A stretch of 64,000 nt of DNA from an uncultured Hyphomicrobiales bacterium (GCA_964513465.1 CAZEMR010000002.1:57479-121478); one strand, 5' to 3'; positions 8,487-18,572 are shown, counted from the first letter of the stretch. Notes: generated by a model from the letters alone, not told the origin. Made by a program: numbers and translations.

Positions 8487-9908
8487 ATGTCTAAAAATAA
8501 GAAAAATACATTCGTAGAACTAGAAATCGAATCGATCGGTTTCGAGGGAATTGCAATCGCCCGGAATGAGGGAATGGTCTACTTTGTCAAGGGCGGAGTG
8601 CCCGGCGACCGCGTGATTGCCAAAGAATTGCGCAAGCGAAAAAAATACCGCGAAGCCCAGGTCGAGGAGATAATAGCGCCATCGCCCGACAGGATCGATG
8701 CGCCATGCCGATATTTCGGGCCCTGCGGCGGCTGCACCTGGCAGAACCTGAAATACTCGAAGCAGCTCGAATGGAAGCGGCGCCACGTAGAGGACGCATT
8801 CACGAGGATCGGAAAAATCGAGGACGTTGAATACCTCGAAACACTGCCCTCGCCGAAGCAATATGAATATCGGAACAAAATGGAGTTCTCGTTCGGCAGC
8901 TCGCGATGGATGACCGCCGGCGAGATCGAGAGCGGCGAGGATATCCGGCAGAAACATTTCGCGCTGGGGCTGCATATCCCCGGGCGTTTCGATAAAATTC
9001 TGGATATAGACGAATGCCTGATTCATAAAAATTATGGTAATAAAATATTGAATACGCTTCGCGAAAAAGCGCTGGAGCTTGGCGTTTCGGCGTACAATAG
9101 CCGCGCCCATATCGGCTTTCTGCGCAATATAATTATTCGGACTAGCGACGCCAACGACGAAATCATGGCCGCGCTGATTACGAATGCTGTCGCCGAGGCC
9201 GAAGACCGGGTATTCATCGATTGGTATGAGAATGAATTCCCTGCCGCGCTGCCGGAGATCGACACAGTGCTTCATGCGGTCAACGATACGCGTTCGCCGG
9301 TGGCATCGCAGGAGATGCGCATTATTAATGGAAGCGGTGCGATAACCGAACAGATACTGGGCCTCGATTACCGGATTTCGCCATATTCATTTTTCCAGAC
9401 GAATTCATCACAGCTTGATGGATTTATCTCGTTAATTCTTGATTATGCCGAGCTGACCAACGAAAGCGCCGTGTGGGATTTGTATTGCGGGACAGGCTCG
9501 ATCACCCTTCCGGCATCGCGAAAGTGTAAATATATATATGGGATAGAGTTATCGGAAAGCTCGGTCGCCGACGCCCGCGCGAATATGCAGCTCAATAATA
9601 TCGACAATGCGGAGTTTTATCAGGCCGACCTTCACGCTAAGGATACTCCCGCGCTGCTCGATTCGCTGCCGCGCCCGGATGTGATTATCATCGATCCGCC
9701 GCGCGCAGGGATGCACAAAAATCTCGTCGATCATATCCTCGCAGCCGGCGCCGGCCTCATCGTTTACGTAAGCTGCAACCCGGCTACGCAGGCACGGGAC
9801 TGCGCCCTGCTTGCGGATAATTATACCGTCGAAAAAATCCGCCCGGTGGATATGTTCCCCCAGACCTTCCACGTCGAATCGGTCGCACTGCTGAGAAGGA
9901 AGGCATAA
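8487..9908 (+). CDS. rlmD: 23S rRNA (uracil-C5)-methyltransferase RlmD/RumA family
   Basis: TRAM domain, Fe-S cysteines (CRYFGPCGGCTWQN), SAM-MTase motifs (DLYCGTGSITL, IIDPPRAG) and the catalytic Cys region near the C-terminus. Confidence 0.85.
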   Translation: MSKNKKNTFVELEIESIGFEGIAIARNEGMVYFVKGGVPGDRVIAKELRKRKKYREAQVEEIIAPSPDRIDAPCRYFGPCGGCTWQNLKYSKQLEWKRRHVEDAFTRIGKIEDVEYLETLPSPKQYEYRNKMEFSFGSSRWMTAGEIESGEDIRQKHFALGLHIPGRFDKILDIDECLIHKNYGNKILNTLREKALELGVSAYNSRAHIGFLRNIIIRTSDANDEIMAALITNAVAEAEDRVFIDWYENEFPAALPEIDTVLHAVNDTRSPVASQEMRIINGSGAITEQILGLDYRISPYSFFQTNSSQLDGFISLILDYAELTNESAVWDLYCGTGSITLPASRKCKYIYGIELSESSVADARANMQLNNIDNAEFYQADLHAKDTPALLDSLPRPDVIIIDPPRAGMHKNLVDHILAAGAGLIVYVSCNPATQARDCALLADNYTVEKIRPVDMFPQTFHVESVALLRRKA

Positions 9909-9910
9909 GC

Positions 9911-10585
9911 GTGAAGCAGCCCGATATATATAATCTGCCGCTGGCGGTGTCGGAGCTGTTTTATTCGATACAGGGCGAAGGGACGCGCGCCGGCCTGCCC
10001 TGCGTATTCGTGCGGCTTCAGGGCTGCAATCTTCGCTGCGAGTGGTGCGATACGGAATATGCTCAGCAAATCGGAGGGGGGCACCGCATGGAATTTCGCG
10101 AAGTTAAAGAATATATAGAAGATAAAAAATGCTCGTTTGTGGAATTCACCGGCGGAGAGCCTCTGCTGCATCCGGAACTGATTCCGACCGTCCGGCATCT
10201 CTGCGATAAGGGGCTTACTGTGGCAATCGAGACGAATGGGTCGTTGGATATATCCGTGCTCGATACGCGGGCGGTGCGGATTATGGACGTGAAGTGTCCT
10301 GGCTCTGGGATGGAGAAATTCAATTTATGGGAAAATATGGAGTATTTGCAAACGCATGACGAGGTCAAATTCGTGCTCCGATCGGAGGATGATTATTTAT
10401 ATTCAAAAAAAATCATCGAGAAATATGATCTGATTCGCCGGACTGCGTCGGTGCTGATTTCCGCGGTGCATGGCAGCATTTCGCCTGAGTCGATTGCCGG
10501 ATGGATGCTGCGCGACCGGCTCGAAGCGCGATTGCAGCTTCAGCTTCATAAAATTATTTACGATCCTTCGCGGAGGGGCGTCTGA
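9911..10585 (+). CDS. queE: 7-carboxy-7-deazaguanine synthase (radical SAM, queuosine biosynthesis)
   Basis: CNLRCEWCDT radical-SAM cluster motif. Length and the FSIQGEG motif are typical of QueE. Confidence 0.85.
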   Translation: MKQPDIYNLPLAVSELFYSIQGEGTRAGLPCVFVRLQGCNLRCEWCDTEYAQQIGGGHRMEFREVKEYIEDKKCSFVEFTGGEPLLHPELIPTVRHLCDKGLTVAIETNGSLDISVLDTRAVRIMDVKCPGSGMEKFNLWENMEYLQTHDEVKFVLRSEDDYLYSKKIIEKYDLIRRTASVLISAVHGSISPESIAGWMLRDRLEARLQLQLHKIIYDPSRRGV

Positions 10586-10588
10586 GCC

Positions 10589-12178
10589 ATGAAAAAATTC
10601 GGTTTGTTGATAATTATATTAATTGCGGGGAATCACTGGCTGGACGCATCGGAACCGGACAGCGCGCTGGTGTTCCAGCAGCTCACCGAACGCAGCAATG
10701 CGTTGATGAATTTCACGAATTATGGAACTTATGGCGCGAGCTTTTCGAGTCTGACCGCTACAAATCTCTGGCCGCGGGATTCGGCTACGAATTATCTATA
10801 TTCCGGCGGATTCGCTTTCGTATGCAAAAAGCGAGTAAACGGCGAAGTCCGGCGAATGGCGGAATACACAATTAACCCCAATACGGCTTCGGACGGGCAT
10901 TTTTCGCCAGGGGCTATAGCAGACGGCCCGCTGGCGGATTACGAGCGGCCTGAGCGCGTCATGACCTGGTCATCGCTGAATCATGATTCATTCAGCGGCG
11001 TACCGATTCGGATTGAGGCGCTAGGGCAGAACTGGCCGTTGTGGCATTGCGATGGAGACAAATCTTATCTGCCCGGTTATTATGTATATGATGAATTGCG
11101 TCGCAATCCCGTTGAATTTCCGACAGGTGCGGCGATGATCTCGGATGAGGACATCTTCTGCGTTTATAAGGATACCGATCTCGCGAGGCGCGATCTGCCG
11201 GCTGAGATGCTGTCGGAGCGTGGCTATCCGCTGGGCCTGCAGGTCGAGCAGACGGCATTTACATGGAGCGTGGAGCAATACCGGGATATTATCATAATTT
11301 TATATAAATTAATAAATTACTCGCAGGATACGCTGCGGGGGTGCTGGTTTGCGCCGCTGTTCGACCCGGATATAGCGCCAGAGCGCCGGACATTTATGGG
11401 ATATAACGACGACCGTCTGGCCGAAGACCGGACATATGCGTATGAATATCAAATGGCGGTTTGCTGGAGCGATACCAGTGCGCTTGACCGCGGAATGCGA
11501 TTCGGCTATATGGGAATTTCGCCGCTGATGCGTCCGGCGGTGGATTCGGATGGAAAATTGCGCAACGATAAATCATTTTACCAATTAGAAGAACAAATTC
11601 CGGAAGGCCGCCTGCTGGCTATCCCTCCGGAATTGGATATATATAATGATTCGCTGTTTTATGAATTTATAGCAAATGAAGCAAGTATCGCACAGTTCGG
11701 GCCGGGCGACGTGCGATTTGCGATGCCGCTGGGGCCGTTCGATATGGCGCCTGGCGATACACTGAAGTCGGCTGTGCTGCTGGCCTGGGCATGGCCATCG
11801 TTCAGCGATACGCCGGATGATTCGCGATTCAACATGGTATTAATGAGCAACAGGATCGAAGCGGGGTATGATTTGTTTTATAACAGCATAATCACATCAA
11901 TCGGCGGGGAAGAAACGCAAACGGAATCGATAGTTATCTATCCCAATCCCACGGGGGCCGATCTGAATATCAGGATAAATTCTCCTGAAGCCGGATTTGC
12001 GAATCTGGAAATATTTGATTTAAAAGGTCGGAGCGCGGGGATTTCTGCGAAAAAATATTTAAATTCCGGTTCAAATTTGATTAATTTGGATATGGGCGGA
12101 TTGTCCTCTGCGGCATATATTTTGCTAATAGATATAAATGGCCGCATTCATACAGAATTATTTACGAAAATCAAATAA
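10589..12178 (+). CDS. secreted protein with T9SS C-terminal sorting domain
   Basis: Signal peptide. C-terminal IYPNPTGADLNIRINSPEAGFANLEIFDLKGR...AAYILLIDINGR is CTD-like. It starts 3 nt after queE. Confidence 0.7.
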   Translation: MKKFGLLIIILIAGNHWLDASEPDSALVFQQLTERSNALMNFTNYGTYGASFSSLTATNLWPRDSATNYLYSGGFAFVCKKRVNGEVRRMAEYTINPNTASDGHFSPGAIADGPLADYERPERVMTWSSLNHDSFSGVPIRIEALGQNWPLWHCDGDKSYLPGYYVYDELRRNPVEFPTGAAMISDEDIFCVYKDTDLARRDLPAEMLSERGYPLGLQVEQTAFTWSVEQYRDIIIILYKLINYSQDTLRGCWFAPLFDPDIAPERRTFMGYNDDRLAEDRTYAYEYQMAVCWSDTSALDRGMRFGYMGISPLMRPAVDSDGKLRNDKSFYQLEEQIPEGRLLAIPPELDIYNDSLFYEFIANEASIAQFGPGDVRFAMPLGPFDMAPGDTLKSAVLLAWAWPSFSDTPDDSRFNMVLMSNRIEAGYDLFYNSIITSIGGEETQTESIVIYPNPTGADLNIRINSPEAGFANLEIFDLKGRSAGISAKKYLNSGSNLINLDMGGLSSAAYILLIDINGRIHTELFTKIK

Positions 12179-12184
12179 ACGCAT

Positions 12185-14296
12185 ATGGCTGAAAGCATTA
12201 AAATAGTCGGACAGGATCATAATATCGCATTGTTTCGCGATAAGCTCAACCAGGCGAAAAAAGGCCAGGGTTCGGTAATGGTAATCCAGGGCGAAGCCGG
12301 ATTCGGCAAGAGCCACCTTATGAACAAATATCTCGAAATCGCCAGCGAAAAGAATTCCGGCGCGATTGGCATATATGTGGAAAGCCAGGCGCCTATCGGG
12401 ACGTTTAAGGTGGGCAATTTGCAGCCCCTTCTGCCGTTCAGCCGGGCGATGGAGCAGATGCTCGACGACAAGACCGTTTCGCCCGAGAAGAAATTCGCGC
12501 TCAATCTGGGTATGACCTTCCTGGCAGCGCTGCCGCTGGCGGGCGACCTATTCTATGCGGTCAAGGAGATGGGCCGGGATTACCGGCAATTCAAAAAGGA
12601 TAAGTCCTCGGCCAGGCTGCAGAACGTATCCAGCGCTGCTGCGGATTATTTCGATTCGATATGCGCATTTGCGGATAAGGCTCCTTTGGCGCTGCTGATG
12701 GACGATATGCACTTTTCCGATGCGCAGTCGGTAGAGCTGCTTAATTTACTCGCCGAGAAAGCATCGGCGCATCCTTTACTCATAGTGCTTGCGCTTCGGC
12801 CAAGCATCATGGAGAGCCAGGCGCTTCCGATGCTGAATTTCGTACAAAAGCAGAAGCCAGCGGGTACTGTAACTTTCGTCGATCTTCCGGTACTAACCCG
12901 GGGTGAAATCCGCGAAATGTGCCATATATATTTCACTGGATATAAATCCAATCAGGAATTCGAAAAATGGATCAAAGAGCATTCGTTCTCGGTGCCGGGT
13001 GTGGCGGCGGAGTATCTGCGCTATTTCGCGCAATATTCGCCGTTTGACGAAGAGGGCAATCTGGTTACGAATTTCGAGGATAATGAATTCCTTCCGGCTA
13101 CGCTCCAGAGTCTGTTCTCGCAGGCAATTGAAGACCTTTCCGAAGATGAGAAGAATATTCTCTCAATCTGTAGCTGCGAGGGCATGGAATTCACTACCAC
13201 AGTGGTCTCTCAGCTATTGAATATGGATATGCTGACCACAATCAAAAAGCTTCGTACGCTGCAGAACAAGACCGGTATAATCCGAAGCTTGGGCGCCCGC
13301 AATCGCTATGGTGTTAAATCGACGGTATATCGGTTTACGCAGGCTTTTTATCAGTCATATTTCGAAAATTCTCTTGAATACGAAGAGCATATAGCTATGC
13401 ACAGCCAGATAGCAGAGCTTCTGAAAGAAAAGTATGACGCTGCCTCAAGCGAGGAAATACGCCGAAAGATTGCGCCATATATCGCTGCCCACAGCTTAGC
13501 CGCCGGCGACGAGGATACGGTGAAGTCGATGCTTATGGTCGCCGCGGAGCATGCCGAACAGTATGGCAGCCCTGAAATGGTCAAGTCCGCATACGACAGT
13601 TTCAGGAATCTGGAGAATTTGAAATTAAGCCCTGAAGCTGCCGGAGAAGAAATCGTAGAGAAGGACGATCTGAGGTTTCTGAATCTGATCAGAAAGGCCG
13701 AAGATGCGCTCTCGGCGGGAGCTATCGGGAATGGGGAAACCATGGCGGAGGGCGAAGAAGTAGAAGCAAATGGCGTCAACGGCGCCGTAATTTCCGCCCC
13801 GATAGATTTCGAATCTCTGCGGCGGGAGGTAGTAAATGCATTTCACGCAGACGATTATCGCCTAGCGGCGGATATAGCCACCGATGCGCGTGGCGACCAG
13901 TTGGAGCTTCATCTATCCGAAAAGGCGCAGTTGCTCTCGCTTGCTATTAATTCATACATAATGCTCGGTGATTTCGAATCGGCAGAGAATATGGCCGCCG
14001 AGGCGCTCGCGCTGATCGAAAACCGCGCCGACCCTATATCCGATTGCTTCATCTATAATTCCTGCGCGCTAATGAGCTCGCACCAGAACCGCCCCGGCGA
14101 AGCATATAATTATCTGACCAAAGCCGCCGAGCGTGCCCAATTGCTGCCCGCCGAACTTAGGCTGCTTACTATGGCGACTATAGGGCTTTTGATGCGGCAG
14201 ACCTCGCCCGATAAGGCGCAGCAGTATATCGAGGCCGCCCGGATGCTAAGCGCAACGCTCAATTTCGACGAAATCAGTGCGGAATTGGGGGCTTAA
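12185..14296 (+). CDS. P-loop NTPase (AAA_16/STAND-like ATPase) with C-terminal helical TPR-like region
   Basis: Walker A GEAGFGKSHL. Walker B LALLMDDMHFSD. A ~450-aa alpha-helical C-terminal region. Operonic with the preceding gene (6-nt gap). Confidence 0.6.
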   Translation: MAESIKIVGQDHNIALFRDKLNQAKKGQGSVMVIQGEAGFGKSHLMNKYLEIASEKNSGAIGIYVESQAPIGTFKVGNLQPLLPFSRAMEQMLDDKTVSPEKKFALNLGMTFLAALPLAGDLFYAVKEMGRDYRQFKKDKSSARLQNVSSAAADYFDSICAFADKAPLALLMDDMHFSDAQSVELLNLLAEKASAHPLLIVLALRPSIMESQALPMLNFVQKQKPAGTVTFVDLPVLTRGEIREMCHIYFTGYKSNQEFEKWIKEHSFSVPGVAAEYLRYFAQYSPFDEEGNLVTNFEDNEFLPATLQSLFSQAIEDLSEDEKNILSICSCEGMEFTTTVVSQLLNMDMLTTIKKLRTLQNKTGIIRSLGARNRYGVKSTVYRFTQAFYQSYFENSLEYEEHIAMHSQIAELLKEKYDAASSEEIRRKIAPYIAAHSLAAGDEDTVKSMLMVAAEHAEQYGSPEMVKSAYDSFRNLENLKLSPEAAGEEIVEKDDLRFLNLIRKAEDALSAGAIGNGETMAEGEEVEANGVNGAVISAPIDFESLRREVVNAFHADDYRLAADIATDARGDQLELHLSEKAQLLSLAINSYIMLGDFESAENMAAEALALIENRADPISDCFIYNSCALMSSHQNRPGEAYNYLTKAAERAQLLPAELRLLTMATIGLLMRQTSPDKAQQYIEAARMLSATLNFDEISAELGA

Positions 14297-14617
14297 TTAT
14301 TAATCGTAATTAAAATTCCCATGAAAATCGGAAATAATATCAAATATTTACTTTTGTTAAATGTTAGTTTTTGATTCGGATTTTATTCCTAATCCTTCCT
14401 CTTCATTCCCCGCAGGGTGCATTAATCCAGTGTCGTAATATTTGAGCGACTCCGCTATCACTTGAAATTACCCGTTTATTGGGCAGTTTGAATTCGTCCG
14501 AAATTATTTTTTATAAAGAACGAATATGTTGTAATTCATAAATCGTTTGTATTTTGTTGCTTTTTGATTATATTACTCATGTGTTAAGATTGTGTAAAAT
14601 TTTTCAGGAGCCCCACC

Positions 14618-16783
14618 ATGTCTTTCGCAAAATCTATTCTTTCAATAATTGTAATCCAGCTTTTATGGCTGCCTTTGCTAACCGCTGCGGATTCGTTTAC
14701 CTACGTATATCCGGGCGAGGGCAGCGATTTTGCTTCGGGAAAGCATCTTGTGCTGCTACGCGCCTCGCATAAGATCGACCCGGCCAGCTTGTCTGATGCG
14801 GTCATCCGGCTGACAGGCTCGAAGAGCTGCAACAGTGAATTCGAACTGCGCATCGCCGCAGACAATCAGTCGCTGAATCTGATCCCTAAGGCAGAGTTTA
14901 TGCCGGGCGAGAGCGTGACGTTGGATTATCGGGGAGGACTCCGATTTGCCGATGGCCGCCAAATTGCGCCATATAAATATACTTATAAAATCGGCGAGCA
15001 TAGAGCCCTTCCCCGGCGGAGCTTTGGTGATCTCGAGGCTGATTTCGGCGGCATGCCGATCGATAAGCGCATTAGAACCAAATCCGAAAAAGCGATGGAC
15101 CTGCCCGGGGCATTCCCGAAATGGCGGGTTGTAGAGTCGAACGATCCGCAGCCGGGATATATATTTACGACGGTTTTCAATCCACATGCCCTTAATTGGT
15201 ATCCCGATTTGGAAACAAATGTCTCAATTATTGATAATTACGGTACCCAGGTTTTTTGCTGGAGTGAGCCGAGCAATACCATAAATGGCGTATTAATTGA
15301 TTTTAAGATGGTGCCGGATGGGAATATGATATTTGCCGTAGGAGGCCAGCATTATTATCTGAAAATGAATAAAAAATTCGAAGTAATAGATACGCTTCGA
15401 ATGGTGAATGGTCTGGCGGATGCTCACGACTGCCTTGAGCTCGAAAACGGCCACCGCGTATTTTGCGATTATAATTATCGATATGTCGATCTGACGGACA
15501 GCGTCGAGGGCGGCCACCCGATGAATGTGATCAATGCGCGCATTCAGGAACAGGACGCCGATGGCAATGTGATATTCGACTGGAACGGATTCGGGCATAT
15601 TTTCATAGACGAATACATGTTCAATAAACGGACGGATTGGGCCAATATCAAAAATGTCGATCTGGCGCATATCAATGCGGTAGAGGCCGATTCGGATACG
15701 ACCTTTTTGCTATCGCTGCGGCACACGAGTTATATTTGCAGAGTTAATAAAAATACCGGCAATATTATGTGGAAGCTTGGCGGCGGCCACGGCAACCAGT
15801 TCCTGCTGAGAAGCAAAGTGCCCGGCGAATCGCCATTGATATTCGCACAGCACGACGTCCGGCGCCTGCCCAATGGGAACATAACCGTATATGATAATGG
15901 TGTTTACGGGCGCGATCCCGAATATTCGCGTTACGCGGAATTCGAAGTGGATGAGGAATATAAAGTGGCGACTCTGGTGCGTGTGCTGCGCAGCCAGCCG
16001 AACGATATTTTCGGCCTCATTACCGGTAGCTCCCGGCATCTGGACGACGGCAGCATTGTCGTGGGCTGGGGCTCGGGCCGCCCGAATATCACAGAGTTTA
16101 AGCCGGATGGTACTCCCGCGCTGACTCTCGACGCCGATGCGTGTATATACCGCGCGGTCAAGTATGATTTCAAAAATGAAATATTCGATACGGACAAGGA
16201 TACCCTCCAATTCGGCGACGTGGCTACTACGGTAAACCGTAAATTCGTCGCATTCAATCGCACCGACCGGGATATTATTATTAATAATTTCCTTACGAAT
16301 ACAGAGGATTTCTTCGCGCTGGCCGACGAACTGCCGCGGACGATTCCGGCGGGCGGATCGGCTGAATTCACGGTCGAAATGACCAACGACGGCCTGCATA
16401 CGCGCGATGAGATTATTAAGGATGTGGCAACCTTTTGCAGCGATACGGACAGTACCCGGATTTCCTTCCAGGTCAATCTGTGCGGTGTGTTGCTCGACGG
16501 CTCCGGCGTTGTCGATATGGTGCCGGGATTCGAATACTCGGCCTGGCCACAGCCGGCGAACGAGGAATTTTCCGTACGAATTAAATATCACCCCGGTGCG
16601 GCGGTGCGAATGGAGATGTACGACATAATGGGCAACCATATCGAAACGCTCCACGACGGAATGCTCAACTCGGGCGAACTGATCATCCGCCGCGAAACCG
16701 GCAATTACTCCAATGGAATATATATACTCCGGATAACGACGGACGAAGGGACAATGTCTCGTCGGGTGCTTATTGGCAAATAA
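14618..16783 (+). CDS. arylsulfotransferase (ASST)-like beta-propeller protein with T9SS C-terminal sorting domain
   Basis: Signal peptide. The central region resembles the ASST family (FAQHDVRRLPNGNITVYDNG, WNGFGHIF). C-terminal CTD (YHPGAAVRMEMYDIMGNHIETL...GIYILRITTDEGTMSRRVLIGK). RBS CAGGAG. Confidence 0.55.
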   Translation: MSFAKSILSIIVIQLLWLPLLTAADSFTYVYPGEGSDFASGKHLVLLRASHKIDPASLSDAVIRLTGSKSCNSEFELRIAADNQSLNLIPKAEFMPGESVTLDYRGGLRFADGRQIAPYKYTYKIGEHRALPRRSFGDLEADFGGMPIDKRIRTKSEKAMDLPGAFPKWRVVESNDPQPGYIFTTVFNPHALNWYPDLETNVSIIDNYGTQVFCWSEPSNTINGVLIDFKMVPDGNMIFAVGGQHYYLKMNKKFEVIDTLRMVNGLADAHDCLELENGHRVFCDYNYRYVDLTDSVEGGHPMNVINARIQEQDADGNVIFDWNGFGHIFIDEYMFNKRTDWANIKNVDLAHINAVEADSDTTFLLSLRHTSYICRVNKNTGNIMWKLGGGHGNQFLLRSKVPGESPLIFAQHDVRRLPNGNITVYDNGVYGRDPEYSRYAEFEVDEEYKVATLVRVLRSQPNDIFGLITGSSRHLDDGSIVVGWGSGRPNITEFKPDGTPALTLDADACIYRAVKYDFKNEIFDTDKDTLQFGDVATTVNRKFVAFNRTDRDIIINNFLTNTEDFFALADELPRTIPAGGSAEFTVEMTNDGLHTRDEIIKDVATFCSDTDSTRISFQVNLCGVLLDGSGVVDMVPGFEYSAWPQPANEEFSVRIKYHPGAAVRMEMYDIMGNHIETLHDGMLNSGELIIRRETGNYSNGIYILRITTDEGTMSRRVLIGK

Positions 16784-16798
16784 ACACCTCAGCACGCG

Positions 16799-16832
16799 AA
16801 AAAGCCGTCCGGAATCGTCCGGGCGGCTTTTC
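16799..16832. terminator. bidirectional rho-independent terminator between convergent genes
   Basis: aaaaa-GCCGTCCGG-aatcgt-CCGGGCGGC-ttttt: a 9-bp GC-rich stem flanked by an A-run and a T-run. Confidence 0.7.
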
Positions 16833-16851
16833 GAATTTGGTATGGAATTAT

Positions 16852-18084
16852 TTAGTTCTTAATAAATTTCAAATAAATCGTATCGGTTGGTGATATAAAT
16901 CGTATGAAGTAAACGCCGGCGCCGAGCGGGCTTATGTCGATCTCGCCGCGAGGCTGACCGATGGCGCCCTCGAGTGCAATCCGGCCGCTGAGGTCTTTGA
17001 TAATAAATTTATCGAATCCGCCCTGATTGATCTCGAAATTGAGCACATCCCCTGCGGGATTGGGGTGGATATTAATGTCGGTCAATGACCCATCTGCGGC
17101 TCCGGTTTCCGATTTGCCCTGCGGCGAGTAGTGATAAAATTTCATTTCGATAAGTTCGAGGTCTTCCGGAGCATCAACGATTTTGTATTCATATTCGGCG
17201 ATAAGGAGATTGTTGGAATCATATTCATATTTTGTAAGGTAATCATTGGACATTTCTCCATTTTGAAATCCGTATTTGTTTATAGCGATTATATTTCCCA
17301 TGCCATCATATTCATTTTCCTGAGCAAACAGCTTTTTCCATTTGTCATTTTTCCAAAATGAATAACAGGCATATGATTTTTTCTTGCCGGAATACTTATA
17401 AGTGGATTTTAAATAAGGGGTTAATACGCCGTTTTTCTTATCGTATAACGTAGAGCTTAATAATTCGCCGTCATTAAATTCGTAATCATAAACAACGAAT
17501 TCATCGATATTGTCAAGCATGCAATTCTCCTGTTCGATAATGCGGCCATTTTCGTCGAAAGTTCTGGTGTAGCATTCGCGGTTGCTCCATTCGCCGGATT
17601 CCGGATCGAATTCTTCGACTTTTCGCGAAATGGCTAATCCGTCTTCGTTGACTCTGGTGGCGGATTTTGAAGAAAGGTAGCACTCATCATCGTTCCATTG
17701 GTAAATTTTTACATACTCCCAATCGCCGTCATAGTTATATTCGATTTTTTTTCTGTTTTTCCAATCCGCTTCGTCGGGATATAGAGAAATCGTATTTTGG
17801 GTTAGTGTCGAAAGCAGCCTCCCGTCGGGCGAATACTCGCGCATTTCGCGGAAGAATTTGACGATTGTGTTCGGGCTGTGGATTCTGGTCATAATCAGCG
17901 TGTCGCGGCCCTTGGCATCGGGGAAGTAGCGGATTGACTTCCAGGGGCCGATCTGTGGGTAATCGAATTTCACATAATAAACCGCGGAGTCGAGATGGAA
18001 GCCTTCCCGGCATGAATTTCCGGGGTGGAGCGCAAAACCGGCCTGGCAGCCGAGCAATAACAAAATGGCGATAAGTCGGATCAT
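16852..18084 (-). CDS. YD-repeat (RHS-like repeat) protein with signal peptide and T9SS C-terminal sorting domain
   Basis: The internal start MIRLIAILLLLGCQAGFA gives a signal peptide. The ORF-track N-terminal extension has no RBS logic. Repeated YxYDxxGxL units (EYNYDGDWEY, VVYDYEFNDGELL, KYEYDSNNLLIAEYEY). C-terminal CTD (IHPNPAGDVLNFEI...GVYFIRFISPTDTIYLKFIKN). Confidence 0.6.
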   Translation of the reverse strand: MIRLIAILLLLGCQAGFALHPGNSCREGFHLDSAVYYVKFDYPQIGPWKSIRYFPDAKGRDTLIMTRIHSPNTIVKFFREMREYSPDGRLLSTLTQNTISLYPDEADWKNRKKIEYNYDGDWEYVKIYQWNDDECYLSSKSATRVNEDGLAISRKVEEFDPESGEWSNRECYTRTFDENGRIIEQENCMLDNIDEFVVYDYEFNDGELLSSTLYDKKNGVLTPYLKSTYKYSGKKKSYACYSFWKNDKWKKLFAQENEYDGMGNIIAINKYGFQNGEMSNDYLTKYEYDSNNLLIAEYEYKIVDAPEDLELIEMKFYHYSPQGKSETGAADGSLTDINIHPNPAGDVLNFEINQGGFDKFIIKDLSGRIALEGAIGQPRGEIDISPLGAGVYFIRFISPTDTIYLKFIKN

Positions 18085-18287
18085 GGCGAGCCTCGTTGTA
18101 GGTGTGGGACAAAATATTAAACGAAGTATCAATGCGCCATAGTGATCCGGATTGTTGTGAAGTGGTTGATTTATATCAATATAAAAATAAAATATATATA
18201 AAGCAACAGATATTTTTAATAAAAACGAAGAGATTGCTTCGTATAAGATATTTCGCCGGTCGGCGGGTGTTTTATGCGCCACCTGCC

Positions 18288-18316
18288 AAAAAAAAAGCTC
18301 CGCCATATAGCGGAGC
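18288..18316 (-). terminator. rho-independent terminator for the small minus-strand ORF
   Basis: Perfect 7-bp stem gctccgc/gcggagc with loop catata. On the minus strand it is followed by a T9 run. Confidence 0.65.
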
Positions 18317-18344
18317 CATTTGATGAAAAATTTTTCTCGCGGCG

Positions 18345-18572
18345 TCAGACTTTGACGTCGAGGTAGCCTTTTTCGATCTGGCTTTGTGCGGTTTGCTGAA
18401 TCTGCTGCTGCGGCTGCGCGCTTGCGAGCAATTGCAGCAACTGGCGCTGGGTGCTTCCTGCACCTGTTCCGGCGGCGTCTCTAAGCATTTCCTTCCGGAT
18501 TTCGTTCTGGACGGTGATCGGAGGTTTCTCAGAGCTTGCCGGCTCCTGTTTCTGGACTGAATCGATAGTCAT
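18345..18572 (-). CDS. small Q-rich hypothetical protein (75 aa) with own RBS and terminator
   Basis: GGAGG lies 7 nt upstream of the ATG. A dedicated terminator sits downstream. Low-complexity Q/A-rich composition with no known motif. Confidence 0.4.
   Translation of the reverse strand: MTIDSVQKQEPASSEKPPITVQNEIRKEMLRDAAGTGAGSTQRQLLQLLASAQPQQQIQQTAQSQIEKGYLDVKV

Noticed and set aside
12185-14296. The P-loop NTPase with TPR tail as an anti-phage STAND (Avs-like) defence protein.
   Set aside because: It has no N-terminal effector domain (nuclease, protease, TIR or similar). It is only 703 aa and is operonic with housekeeping genes. A regulatory or chaperone role is at least as likely, so I kept it as a low-key finding only.
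18085-18306. The 74-aa N-terminal extension of the ORF-track 16852..18306 protein.
   Set aside because: The extension is AT-rich and hydrophobic junk. An internal ATG at 18084 yields a canonical signal peptide (MIRLIAILLLLGCQAGFA) immediately followed by the mature domain.
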